Assembly: GCA_964455485.1 (NCBI GenBank)
Contig: CAYVXT010000034.1
Span: forward strand, 1 to 54,159
Length of the DNA stretch: 54,159 nt
Source: an uncultured Candidatus Saccharibacteria bacterium
GTDB lineage: Bacteria > Patescibacteriota > Minisyncoccia > Phycocordibacterales > WO2-35-19
Direction of reading: 5' to 3'
Below the pieces are notes generated by a model. It saw only the letters and a list, made by a program, of their open reading frames with translations. It was not told the origin of the DNA and made no database searches. This document shows, piece by piece, positions 24,720 to 33,839 of this stretch (within the stretch, counting starts at the first letter, position 1; every line of letters begins with the position of its first letter). The translations under genes and the position numbers were made by a program.

Positions 24720-27089
24720 ATGGCAAAGGAGAAAATAAAAAATAAAAATTCCGATTCTTTACGACTTGTTCTTCTTGATGCTCATGCCATTATTCACCGT
24801 GCTTATCACGCTCTACCTGATTTTGCTACGAGCCAAGGTGAGCCGACAGGCGCCCTGTTTGGACTAGTGTCTATGATTTTAAAAATTGTATCGGAACTCA
24901 AGCCTGACTATCTTGTAGCTTGCTACGATTTGCCAAAACCAACATATAGACATCAGGTTTATGATGGGTACAAAGCTGGTCGCGCAAAAACAGATGACAA
25001 TCTTGCAATTCAACTCGAGAAATCAAAAGAAGTTTGTGAGGCAATGAATATTCCTATTTATTCTTTAGAAGGGTTTGAGGCGGACGATATGCTGGGCACT
25101 ATTGTTGAGCAAATGAGAGGTAAAGGAGTGGATATAATAATAGCTTCTGGAGACATGGATACCTTGCAACTCGTTGATGATGACCATGTTAAGGTTTATA
25201 CCCTTAAAAAAGGTTTGAATGACACTATTTTGTATGATGAGAAGGCGGTAAAAGAAAGATTTGGTTTTGAGCCAAAACTTTTGCCGGATTATAAAGGTTT
25301 ACGAGGGGACCCATCGGACAATATAATCGGTATTCAAGGTATAGGTGAAAAGACCGCAACAGAGCTTATAAAAGAATTTGGAACGATAGAAAAGATTTAT
25401 AAAGAAATAAAAACCAAGAGCTCAAAGATTAAAGAAAATATAAAGCCAAGGATTTTAGAATTGCTTATTAATGGGGAAGAGGAGGCAAAATTTAGCAAAA
25501 TGTTAGCTACCATACGAAGGGATGCCCCAATAAATTTTGAGTTGCCAAAACATAAATGGTCTACAGATTTTAATGTAGGTAAAGCAAAAAACCTTTTTCA
25601 AAAATTAGAATTTAGAAGTTTGGGAAGTAGGCTTGAGGCTGCCCTTGTGGGCAATGGCGGCAAGCCAACTGTGCCTGTGCAAAATGAAGAAGTTGACCAA
25701 AAGGATCTTGAGGAAACAAAAGTTGCGCTATGGGTTGTTGACTCCAATATCAGTGATCCACAACTTGAGGATATACTAAATTTTTCAAACACAAACAATT
25801 TCAAAGATGCCAAGGAGAGAATTTTTAAAGAACTGGACAACCGTGAGTGCAGAGAAGTTTTTGAACTAATAGAAAAACCTCTAATACCTATTATGAAAGA
25901 AATGGAAGAATATGGGGTTTTGGTAGACAAGATTTTTATGAATGATTTGGAAAAAAAATATTCTGATGAGCTTAATAAAATTGAAAAGAAAGTATGGAAG
26001 GAAGCTGGTATGGAGTTTAATATTTCGTCACCAAAACAGCTTGGGGAAGTGCTGTTTGAACAACTTGGACTTTCTGTAAAGAATCATAAAAAAACTGGTG
26101 GTGGGCAAAAATCAACTAAAGAATCAGAGCTTGAAAAGATGAAAGACATGCATCCGATTGTAAATTTTGTACTTGAATATCGAGAACTAAGGAAACTTCT
26201 TTCAACTTACATTGAACCAATACCAAAACTTCTCGATCACAACTCGCGCCTTCACGCAAGGTTTATTCAGGCTGGTACAACAACGGGGAGAATGTCATCC
26301 GAAAATCCTAATCTTCAAAATATTCCGGTTGGTAGCGATAGGGGTAGGCTTATTCGCAAAGGTTTCATTGCACCAAAAGACTCGGTTTTGGTTGCTCTAG
26401 ATTATTCACAAATTGAGCTTCGTATTGCTGCATTTTTGGCAAACGACACAAAGTTGATAGAGATATTTAAAACTGGAAAAGATGTGCATGCCGCCGTAGC
26501 TTCTCAAGTTTTTGGTGTGAACGAAAATGAAGTCACCAAAGAAATGCGTCGCCAGGCAAAGGTTATTAACTTCGGAATCCTTTATGGAATGGGGGTCACT
26601 GCTCTACAAGGAAATTTGGGAACTGACCGCAAAACTGCGCAGGAATTTCTAAATGCATATTTTGAAAACTTTTCGGGACTTGCGAAATATTTAGACAAAA
26701 CAAAAGAGGAAGCAGAAAAATTTGGATTTACTAAAACAGTTTTTGGGAGAAGAAGGTATTTTGAAGGTATAAAATCAAAAATTCCATTTATAAAAGCTGC
26801 TGCTGAACGCATGGCAATCAACGCTCCAATACAAGGTACTCAAGCCGATATAATAAAAATTGCTATGAATGATATAGATCAGATGGTAAAAAAAGAATTT
26901 TCTGGATCAGTACATTTAATTATGCAAATACATGACGAATTGATTTATGAAGTTAACCAACCCTTTACCAATGACTTTGTTACAAAAGCAAAAAAATTAA
27001 TGGAAGGTGTGTTAAGTGAGGAAAAAACTCTAGGAGTTCCCATCGTTGCAAATAGTGTTATAGGTAGAAATTGGGGGGAGATGGAATAA
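24720..27089 (+). CDS. polA: DNA polymerase I
   Basis: N-terminal 5'-3' exonuclease (LLDAHAIIHRAYHA, GIQGIGEKTA). Polymerase motif A DYSQIELRIAA, motif B RRQAKVINFGILYG, motif C QIHDELIYE. Confidence 0.95.
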   Translation: MAKEKIKNKNSDSLRLVLLDAHAIIHRAYHALPDFATSQGEPTGALFGLVSMILKIVSELKPDYLVACYDLPKPTYRHQVYDGYKAGRAKTDDNLAIQLEKSKEVCEAMNIPIYSLEGFEADDMLGTIVEQMRGKGVDIIIASGDMDTLQLVDDDHVKVYTLKKGLNDTILYDEKAVKERFGFEPKLLPDYKGLRGDPSDNIIGIQGIGEKTATELIKEFGTIEKIYKEIKTKSSKIKENIKPRILELLINGEEEAKFSKMLATIRRDAPINFELPKHKWSTDFNVGKAKNLFQKLEFRSLGSRLEAALVGNGGKPTVPVQNEEVDQKDLEETKVALWVVDSNISDPQLEDILNFSNTNNFKDAKERIFKELDNRECREVFELIEKPLIPIMKEMEEYGVLVDKIFMNDLEKKYSDELNKIEKKVWKEAGMEFNISSPKQLGEVLFEQLGLSVKNHKKTGGGQKSTKESELEKMKDMHPIVNFVLEYRELRKLLSTYIEPIPKLLDHNSRLHARFIQAGTTTGRMSSENPNLQNIPVGSDRGRLIRKGFIAPKDSVLVALDYSQIELRIAAFLANDTKLIEIFKTGKDVHAAVASQVFGVNENEVTKEMRRQAKVINFGILYGMGVTALQGNLGTDRKTAQEFLNAYFENFSGLAKYLDKTKEEAEKFGFTKTVFGRRRYFEGIKSKIPFIKAAAERMAINAPIQGTQADIIKIAMNDIDQMVKKEFSGSVHLIMQIHDELIYEVNQPFTNDFVTKAKKLMEGVLSEEKTLGVPIVANSVIGRNWGEME

Positions 27090-27140
27090 CCCCACCCTTC
27101 ACTTTGCGTATACTCCTTAGTGGGGTGGGAAAGCAAAAAT

Positions 27141-27569
27141 ATGAATAATCACAGTTTATTTAAAGAATTTGAAAATATCTTTCCTGAAGAAGAGGAATTA
27201 AAAGAGGAAAAAAAGCCTCGTGAATACTCTTATAGTCCATTTGCTCTACAAGATGCAATAGGTGAGAGAGATGTAAAAAAAGCTTGGATTGAATATCAAA
27301 AACTCGTTTTCCAAGGTATCGAACCTGATGAATTGGTTCATAAAGTTATATCTAAAGTTCGTGACATGACACTAATAAGTAAGGGGGCCACCGCAGACGG
27401 ACTCGGTATAAAGGATTATCCTTATAATAAATCAAAGAGAGATCTTAAAAATTGGAAAGCGGATCAGCTCCAAAATTTTTATACAAAACTCGTTTATTTG
27501 TATCATGAGTCGCGCATGGGAGGGGAAAGCTTGAGTGTAGCGCTTGAAAAATCTTTGCTTCAGCTTTGA
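27141..27569 (+). CDS. hypothetical protein resembling only the C-terminal domain of DNA polymerase III delta (HolA)
   Basis: I prefer the ATG at 27141. PFALQDAIGERDVKKAWIEYQKLVFQGIEPDELVHKVISKVRDM...LQNFYTKLVYLYHESRMG...ALEKSLLQL follows the HolA domain III pattern. No N-terminal AAA-like domains are present. Confidence 0.4.
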   Translation: MNNHSLFKEFENIFPEEEELKEEKKPREYSYSPFALQDAIGERDVKKAWIEYQKLVFQGIEPDELVHKVISKVRDMTLISKGATADGLGIKDYPYNKSKRDLKNWKADQLQNFYTKLVYLYHESRMGGESLSVALEKSLLQL

Positions 27570-27606
27570 TTTTTAGGTATTTTGTAGTATATTTCTTTTG
27601 TTTTAA

Positions 27607-27679
27607 CCGCCCGTAGCTCAGTCGGTAGAGCAGCTCCCTTTTAAGGAGAGGGTCGTAGGTTCGATTCCTACCGGGCGGA
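27607..27679 (+). tRNA. tRNA-Lys (anticodon UUU)
   Basis: Cloverleaf by hand: acceptor CCGCCCG/CGGGCGG (an unusual C1-G72), D arm GCTC-AGTCGGTA-GAGC, anticodon loop CTTTTAA, T arm GTAGG-TTCGATT-CCTAC, discriminator A. CCA is not encoded. Confidence 0.9.
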
Positions 27680-27849
27680 CAGTGTTCAAAAATGTGCTTT
27701 TTTATTTTGAGTAATGGGTCATTCTTGGTTTAGGTAACGAAATTTTACTATAAATGAGGAGTAAAATAGCATGAAATATGTAAAACTACGATATAAACCT
27801 AGGTAAGTTGAGGGAGGAAAAAAGGAAATCAACACACCCGTTAAATTTT

Positions 27850-28692
27850 ATGAAATCTTTTTTTAAATTGATAAACAGTATTCATTGTTTTGACTATAAA
27901 AAACTTTTGGACAAGATAAAAGGAAAAGTTTTTGAATATAGTTTTAACCAAACATATTTTTTTTGGTTGTTATTTTGTTTAGTTTTTGGTTTTTGTATCT
28001 CAACAATAATTATAAGACCTTTTGCAACCAACAAACTCGATCTCGGATTTTATAACGGTGTTTCTCAAAAATATGTCTTTGAGAAAGAAGATCAGGGTCA
28101 ATTAGGTCTAATACTAAGTGAAGCCCTAGGCGCAACACTTAATTTAAGTTGGTACAATGTATGCTTTTATAATAAAAGCTTTATAACAGAACAAGGAAAA
28201 CTTACTAACGGTTCTGTTATTTTGGAGATTGATATATTTCCGCTCAATACCAATAGGTCAATGATTGAACTACAAAAAGGTTTAAATATTCCTTTTTCAA
28301 ATAATGGTGACATGGAATCAGTATCTATGATGATTTTGGGAAAGAGAATTGCGGCTTCAAGTAATCATGGTGGTTGTATACAAATTAAAGATTCTGAGGG
28401 AGGTATCGAGTACCGATTATCAATGTTAGAAAAAACTAAGGATAGATATGGTACAGATATTATTGTCCCAGTTTCTATTATGAGTATTAGTAAAGATCAA
28501 CCGTATCCATTAGAAACAGGTCCTATCTCAGAGTCAAAGCTTTTAAATCTTGGAGCTACAGAACTATTTATAGAAAATAATTCATATGCTTTTTGGGTTA
28601 AAAAAGTAGTTGTGATTTTTATTATTTTTGGTTTAATCGAATCTCTCAGAAAGATTTTTAATTTACTTTTTCCTAAGAAGCTATCTAAATAA
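27850..28692 (+). CDS. hypothetical membrane protein (TM helices at both ends)
   Basis: AT-rich ORF. The start is either the ATG at 27850 or the TTG at 27808. No motif recognised. Confidence 0.5.
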   Translation: MKSFFKLINSIHCFDYKKLLDKIKGKVFEYSFNQTYFFWLLFCLVFGFCISTIIIRPFATNKLDLGFYNGVSQKYVFEKEDQGQLGLILSEALGATLNLSWYNVCFYNKSFITEQGKLTNGSVILEIDIFPLNTNRSMIELQKGLNIPFSNNGDMESVSMMILGKRIAASSNHGGCIQIKDSEGGIEYRLSMLEKTKDRYGTDIIVPVSIMSISKDQPYPLETGPISESKLLNLGATELFIENNSYAFWVKKVVVIFIIFGLIESLRKIFNLLFPKKLSK

Positions 28693-28709
28693 ATTTACCT
28701 AAACTTTTT

Positions 28710-28737
28710 AACTTGCGCCCTTGTAACTTTCAAACTT
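28710..28737 (+). repeat. partial copy of the tsaE palindromic element
   Basis: aacttgcgcccttgtaactttcaaactt closely resembles the tsaE 3' arm aacttgcgcctttttactttcaaactc. It overlaps the DoxX stop codon. Confidence 0.65.
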
Positions 28738-29140
28738 ATAACGGAATATCTATCGCAAAGGCGCCGGCACCTGATAAGAGAAGGGATAGTGAGATTCCAA
28801 AAAGCATTATATAAAAGGCGATATTTCGTTTTAATACAGATGGGTCCTTGTATTCGATATATGTACCGATGAGGGTGAATATGGTAAGCACTAGAGCCGC
28901 AATTTGAGTGTAAAAACCCAAAATGTACATAATTCCACCTACTACCTCAATAATACCCAAAACTTTAGTTGAAATTACGGGGCTTGGAATTCTAAGGGTT
29001 TTAAAAATATTAATCCATCTCTGTTGCTCACTTCTAAATGTTAAAAAACCTAGATCAATGAAAATAATCCCAGCAATTAGTCTTAATATAAATGGTGATA
29101 ATAAAGAATATGTGAGCAGGTCTGGAAAAGGGTTGAGCAT
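28736..29140 (-). CDS. DoxX-family membrane protein
   Basis: Four-TM protein of ~134 aa (LRLIAGIIFIDLGFLTF..., GIIEVVGGIMYILGFYTQIAALVL). I prefer the ATG at 29140 (MLNPFPDLL) over the listed TTG at 29167, which lies inside repeat DNA. Confidence 0.7.
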   Translation of the reverse strand: MLNPFPDLLTYSLLSPFILRLIAGIIFIDLGFLTFRSEQQRWINIFKTLRIPSPVISTKVLGIIEVVGGIMYILGFYTQIAALVLTIFTLIGTYIEYKDPSVLKRNIAFYIMLFGISLSLLLSGAGAFAIDIPL

Positions 29141-29144
29141 ATTG

Positions 29145-29210
29145 GTTTGAAAGTTGAAAGTTATCAAGTTTGAAAGTTTGTCTCAAACTTGCACCTTTCT
29201 AACTTTTAAC
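29145..29210. repeat. rearranged copy of the same element family upstream of DoxX and the TrmH-family gene
   Basis: gtttgaaagtt occurs twice (29145-29155 and 29168-29178), the reverse complement of the aactttcaaac arm. It is followed by aaacttgcacctttctaacttttaac (29185-29210). A local hairpin forms from aagtttg-tct-caaactt. Confidence 0.6.
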
Positions 29211-29226
29211 TATATTATCACTTAAT

Positions 29227-29775
29227 ATGGCTAAATCAAACATCAAAGAATTAATTATTGTCCTTAATAATATTCGGAGCAACGAGAACGTCGGGTCTAT
29301 TTTTAGAACATGTGATGCGGCTGGTGTATCTAAAATCATTTTGTGTGGTTACACCCCAGCACCACTGGATCGCTTCAATAGAGAAAACAAAGCTCTTTCA
29401 AAAGCGGCTTTAGGGGCAGAGAAGTTTGTTGAGTGGGAAAAGGCAGAGAGTTTAAAAAGCGCATGTGAAAAGTTAAAAAGTGAAGGACATAAAATAATTG
29501 GAGTAGAACAATCTGACAATTCTATTAATTATAAGGATCTCAAAACCTCTAAGTCCATAGCTTCAACCTCTAAGTTTGCTTTGGTATTCGGAAACGAAGT
29601 TGACGGTCTTTCAAAAGAAGATTTAGAAATGTGTGATTTGGTAGCAGAAATACCAATGAGAGGCTTAATGGTTAGGCAAGATCACCATCCTCGCCATTCT
29701 GGTCGGGGAAAAGAGTCTTTAAATGTAGCTGTTGCAGCTGGAATTATTCTTTTCGAACTCTCTTGTGGAGCGTAG
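29227..29775 (+). CDS. SpoU/TrmH-family RNA 2'-O-methyltransferase
   Basis: NIRSNENVGSIFRTCDAAGV, FGNEVDGLS, and IPM...SLNVAVAAGIILFEL. An extra ~14 aa (LMVRQDHHPRHSGR) lies between IPMRG and KESLNV. Confidence 0.8.
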   Translation: MAKSNIKELIIVLNNIRSNENVGSIFRTCDAAGVSKIILCGYTPAPLDRFNRENKALSKAALGAEKFVEWEKAESLKSACEKLKSEGHKIIGVEQSDNSINYKDLKTSKSIASTSKFALVFGNEVDGLSKEDLEMCDLVAEIPMRGLMVRQDHHPRHSGRGKESLNVAVAAGIILFELSCGA

Positions 29776-29810
29776 TTTTAGCGTAGTAAGACGCTTTATG
29801 GCTGTAAAAC

Positions 29811-30734
29811 TTAATACTGAATAGTATCAACAATCAAACCATTTCGATCGAGGAGGTTTATTTTTTCACGCTTCTCACGCCATAGTGGTCCAAACTTATT
29901 TAAATATACTCTGTACTCGTTTCCTGGAAATTCAGTGTCCCCAAAGTTTCTTGCTACACAAGCATTGTAATTAAATTGTGTCCGCATGTAATTTTTGCAT
30001 GATTGTGTGACTGTATCTGGTAAATCTCTTATATACTCACTGTTTACAGTTGAACATCGAGGAATACGGTCTAAGAGGTCCAAACATTCGTCATTGCGGT
30101 CGTAGATGGAAGAAAATTTAGGCATATCATCCTCATTAATTTTTGGACAATTTATAGGAAGACTTGGATAGAAAGTCATATTCTCTTCAAAATAACCAGT
30201 ACAACTATTTGTTCGAAAAGAAATCCCAATAGGTGAAAAACCTTTAGTTATAATAACCCTGTCTCCATCTGTAATTACAATGTCACTTTCTGTGTGGGTG
30301 TGAGGGAAGGGTAGAAGGGCGGCTTTACCAATAACCGCAAAATAGCCCGTGGTTTCGCTTTTAAAATACCAACCCGTAATGTTTATTGTTTCTCCTTTAT
30401 CTAGGCTTGTATAAAGAGATATATATTCTTGGTCAGGTTCGTTTGAGTATAAACCCGATATGCCCGACATGCTAACTTTTCCATAATAAGGGGATCTCTT
30501 TCGTTCTTCTGATTGTTTGGATAAATCTTTTTCTAATCTCTCAATCTTATCCTCAGCTTCTTTTATACTAGCCGAAACATCCTTGTTTGAGGTATATGAT
30601 GATGTTGATGGCCACAAAGCATTGGTGTTTGAACTGGAACTCGAAGTAAGATTTTTGTTTACTGGCCCATAAGCAAATCCTGCTATTACAAACAATATTA
30701 TTAAGATAAAAATAGGAGAATCGTCTTTTTTCAC
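29811..30734 (-). CDS. hypothetical membrane-anchored protein (possible lamin-tail-like domain)
   Basis: N-terminal TM, coiled-coil, then EYISLYTSLDKGETINITGWYFKSETTGYFAV, which resembles LTD domains. Cys-rich C-terminus. Tentative. Confidence 0.45.
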   Translation of the reverse strand: MKKDDSPIFILIILFVIAGFAYGPVNKNLTSSSSSNTNALWPSTSSYTSNKDVSASIKEAEDKIERLEKDLSKQSEERKRSPYYGKVSMSGISGLYSNEPDQEYISLYTSLDKGETINITGWYFKSETTGYFAVIGKAALLPFPHTHTESDIVITDGDRVIITKGFSPIGISFRTNSCTGYFEENMTFYPSLPINCPKINEDDMPKFSSIYDRNDECLDLLDRIPRCSTVNSEYIRDLPDTVTQSCKNYMRTQFNYNACVARNFGDTEFPGNEYRVYLNKFGPLWREKREKINLLDRNGLIVDTIQY

Positions 30735-30735
30735 T

Positions 30736-31659
30736 TTAGTATTTTATTTGATGTACTTTGCAAAAGTGGGTGCTTCTACCTTTAACTACAATCCTTTCTA
30801 TTATACCGGAGCATCTAGGTTTTGGACATCTTTCGTTTTTTCTACCATAAACTTTATGGAAGTCTTGAAAGCCACCTTTTTCCCCGTGTATATTTCTATA
30901 ATCTGATTTTGAATCGCCTCCATGTTTTATTGAAAATAACAATATTTCTCTCATTGCAGCAAACATGTCCTTAAATTTCTTGTCCGGAATTTTTGTGGGG
31001 AAGGATAGTGGATGAACTCCAGATAGCCACAGCATTTCGTCTGAATAAATGTTGCCTATGCCAGCTAAACCCGTTTGATCAAGTAAGGCAGATTTTATTG
31101 GCATTGTTTTTCTTTTCCTAAGTATCTCAATAAATTTAGCGGGGGATAATGTTGGTGCTAAAGGGTCGATGCCCAAAGTGCCAACGTTTTCGTGTTCGTG
31201 CAGAAGTTTGGTTTTGATTATAGTTATTGATGCAAACTTTCTCATGTCGGAAAGTACCAGTTGTTTGCCGTCAGAAAGACTAAGCACAAAGTGTATGTAT
31301 TGATTGTACGGATCCTGTAAAGGCCCTTCTTCCATCGCTTTCCAACTTGCACCTTTCAAACTTTTTAACTTCTCGTACTTCCCGTACATCAAATGCCCTG
31401 TCATTTTCATGTGGATTATGATGGTGTAGTCGTTTTTTAGATTTATTAAAATATTTTTTCCTCTTCTTTCTGTATCAATTATTTTTTGTCCCTCAACTAA
31501 TTGTTTAAAGTTTTCAAAATATTTTTTGTTTTTTAATGTTTGCCGGTGGGGAACACTGGTACTCAAATGAAAATCTGACCACGCTTCTTTTATGGTTTTT
31601 CCCACTGCTACTCTTTTTACACCCTCTACTGTTGTGTGTACTTCAGGAAGTTCTGGCAT
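30736..31659 (-). CDS. mutM: formamidopyrimidine-DNA glycosylase (Fpg/MutM)
   Basis: MPELPEV N-terminus and an H2TH region (LLDQTGLAGIGNIYSDEMLW). C-terminal Cys-containing region (CPKPRCSG...HFC). Confidence 0.9.
   Translation of the reverse strand: MPELPEVHTTVEGVKRVAVGKTIKEAWSDFHLSTSVPHRQTLKNKKYFENFKQLVEGQKIIDTERRGKNILINLKNDYTIIIHMKMTGHLMYGKYEKLKSLKGASWKAMEEGPLQDPYNQYIHFVLSLSDGKQLVLSDMRKFASITIIKTKLLHEHENVGTLGIDPLAPTLSPAKFIEILRKRKTMPIKSALLDQTGLAGIGNIYSDEMLWLSGVHPLSFPTKIPDKKFKDMFAAMREILLFSIKHGGDSKSDYRNIHGEKGGFQDFHKVYGRKNERCPKPRCSGIIERIVVKGRSTHFCKVHQIKY
31344..31371 (+). repeat. partial copy of the palindromic element family inside mutM coding sequence
   Basis: aacttgcacctttcaaactttttaactt. 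On the coding (minus) strand it encodes KLKSLKGASWK, within a segment that is longer than in E. coli Fpg. Confidence 0.55.
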
Positions 31660-31700
31660 ACGATATATTTTTAACGAATATAATGAGTAAAAAATAATCG

Positions 31701-31732
31701 CTCAGAATAATTTTGCAACAAATTATTCTGAG
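31701..31732 (-). terminator. AT-rich hairpin terminator after the Mur ligase gene
   Basis: ctcagaataattt (31701-31713) pairs with aaattattctgag (31720-31732), a 13-bp stem. On the minus strand a T-rich run follows. It overlaps the stop codon at 31723-31725. Confidence 0.55.
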
Positions 31733-33138
31733 TTACTCAATAATTTTTGCAACTCTTCTCTTGCAACTCTTGCATCGTCCCATTCTTCTTTAGTTCCATT
31801 TGGCCCCATGATGTAAGGGTCAGTGCCTTTACCTGTGATTAAAACCGCAATTTTTTCATCAGCCGACTTCGAATGAGTTAATTCTTTGGCTTTGCTAATA
31901 GCGAATCGAATAGCCTCTCTTCGGTTGATTATTATGTCGAGTGGTTTTTTGGTGACCCCCCTTTTCATTTCATTTATTATTTCCATTGGGTCTTCGTCGT
32001 ATGGGTCTTCATTAGTTAGGATTATGTGGTCGCAATTTTGATCTGCCACTTCTGCCATCACTTTTCTTTTCCATTTATCTCTACCACCACCAGTATTACC
32101 AAGTACGCATATTTTTGTATGGTTTTTGTAAGCACCGTAAATGGCTTCCAAAGATTCTTTTGTGTGGGCATAGTCAACTACTACATCAAATTCAGGTATT
32201 GTAGAGTTGTCTACCAAAATTTTTTCCATTCTGCCCCGCACCTTATCCATTTTTTCTAAGCCTATTTTTGCTTGTTCTGTACTGATGCCAAAAAATTCAG
32301 CACATTTTATTGCTCCGATCATATTGGAAACATTAAACATACCAGGAAGTTTTGAATGGATAACAGTTTTTTTAATTTGGAAAGTTGAACCAGTCGAATC
32401 TGATTTTATTGAAACCGCGTCGTTCAATGAATATTTTATTTTATTTGGAATGTTGAGTGCAAGAAATTTTTCTGACTCTTTATCGTCAATGTTTGCAATT
32501 ATTGCAGGGGTTAAAAGGGAAGTTCTTGAAAAAATGTCTGGCCTCGCTTGGACTTGAGAGACTACAAGGCCAGGACGGGGAGATCCGAGGACTTTTTGAA
32601 AGAATTTCACTTTTAACCTTATTAATTCCTCGGCGATAGAAAGTTTTGCTTTTACATACTTTTCATAAGATCCGTGCGACTCTATGTGTTCAGGAGAGAG
32701 GTTTGTAAAAATGAGAGCGTCTGGATAAACAAACTTGTGTCTAAATTGTTTTGATCCCTCTGAACTCATTTCTAAAATAGCTACATCGCAACCAGAATTT
32801 ATTGAGTCTCTTAGAAATTGCTGTATGAAAAACCTACCAGGCATTGTCATTTTAAACTTATTGCTCCTTTCCTTATCAGCAATTTTAAATCTGATAGTAT
32901 TTTGTACGGCTGTTTTATATCCTGCTGCTTCAAAAATAGCGTTTACCATTTCTGTTGTCGTGCTTTTGCCTTTAGTGCCAGTTACACCTATTACTAGTAT
33001 TTTTTTTCCAGGAAACTTGTAAATAATTGCACCCACAAATGCAAGCAAGTAATGATAAATAGGCTGGGCAGCCTTAAATATTTTTTTTGGTATTATTTTT
33101 CTTCCAATTTTTAGTATTTTTTCCATTCTATTTTCCAA
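31723..33138 (-). CDS. Mur ligase family protein (MurE-like UDP-MurNAc-tripeptide synthetase)
   Basis: GVTGTKGKSTT P-loop, the middle-domain motif, and VDYAHT. The C-terminal domain (TNEDPYDEDP) is typical of MurE-type enzymes. Substrate not determinable by eye. Confidence 0.75.
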   Translation of the reverse strand: MENRMEKILKIGRKIIPKKIFKAAQPIYHYLLAFVGAIIYKFPGKKILVIGVTGTKGKSTTTEMVNAIFEAAGYKTAVQNTIRFKIADKERSNKFKMTMPGRFFIQQFLRDSINSGCDVAILEMSSEGSKQFRHKFVYPDALIFTNLSPEHIESHGSYEKYVKAKLSIAEELIRLKVKFFQKVLGSPRPGLVVSQVQARPDIFSRTSLLTPAIIANIDDKESEKFLALNIPNKIKYSLNDAVSIKSDSTGSTFQIKKTVIHSKLPGMFNVSNMIGAIKCAEFFGISTEQAKIGLEKMDKVRGRMEKILVDNSTIPEFDVVVDYAHTKESLEAIYGAYKNHTKICVLGNTGGGRDKWKRKVMAEVADQNCDHIILTNEDPYDEDPMEIINEMKRGVTKKPLDIIINRREAIRFAISKAKELTHSKSADEKIAVLITGKGTDPYIMGPNGTKEEWDDARVAREELQKLLSNSE

Positions 33139-33691
33139 AGTGCTTTAATGCGTGTTTTATTTTTTCGTTAGTACCTGAAATTTCTTTTGGCATACTTTTT
33201 ATAACTTCTTGAATATCACGGTCCCTATATCCAAGAGATTTTAATGCTTCAAATACATCTACATCTTCTACTGAACCACCTTTTTCACTTCTTGAAATTA
33301 ATTTACCATTCAACTCAAGTACTATTTTTTCGGCAGTTTTTCGACCGATACCAGATATTTTAGTTAGGGAAGAGGTGTCCCCGGTTGCTACCGCTTGTTC
33401 AATAGACGAAACCCCGGCAACACCCAATATTGCTAAGGCTGACTTTGGACCTACACCCGAAACGGTAAGAAGAAGCTCAAAAACTTTTAGTTCGTCCTCA
33501 GTTTCAAAACCATATAGATCTATTGAATTTTCTCGAACTGCCGTATGGGTCCAAAAACTAACTTCTGCTCCCAACCTCAACCTCTCAATATATGAAATTG
33601 TAGAGTTTATAACAAAACCTAAACCGTGTAGGTCAACAATCGCCCTTGTTGGCTTTATGTCTATTAAAGTGCCTTTTATATAGCCAAACAT
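33128..33691 (-). CDS. ruvA: Holliday junction DNA helicase subunit RuvA
   Basis: MFGYIKGTL start and HhH motifs (LLTVSGVGPKSALAIL, ISGIGRKTAEKIV). Overlaps the Mur ligase start by 11 nt. Confidence 0.9.
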   Translation of the reverse strand: MFGYIKGTLIDIKPTRAIVDLHGLGFVINSTISYIERLRLGAEVSFWTHTAVRENSIDLYGFETEDELKVFELLLTVSGVGPKSALAILGVAGVSSIEQAVATGDTSSLTKISGIGRKTAEKIVLELNGKLISRSEKGGSVEDVDVFEALKSLGYRDRDIQEVIKSMPKEISGTNEKIKHALKHFGK

Positions 33692-33839
33692 AAGAAATTT
33701 AAAGCTATAAGCTTAAAGCTTAGAGATGAAAATATAATACCTCAAAATTACTTTATCCGCATTTGCAAAATTTCAAGCTATATGTTAAATTTTGACCGTA
33801 AAACTTTACGTTTTAAGCTTTAATTTTTAATCGTTTACC

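Noticed and set aside
27771-27806. An 11-codon mini-ORF (MKYVKLRYKPR) with an AGGAG-like sequence upstream, between tRNA-Lys and the next gene.
   Set aside because: It is too short to support without conservation or expression data, and it could arise by chance in AT-rich DNA.
33692-33839. Word-repeats (aaagct / aagctt) upstream of rpsT as another copy of the palindromic element family.
   Set aside because: They are only stylistically similar, with a different core word (aaagct versus aaagtt, and no aacttgcgcc core). A plausible rpsT promoter (TTGCAA-17-TAAATT) explains part of the region.
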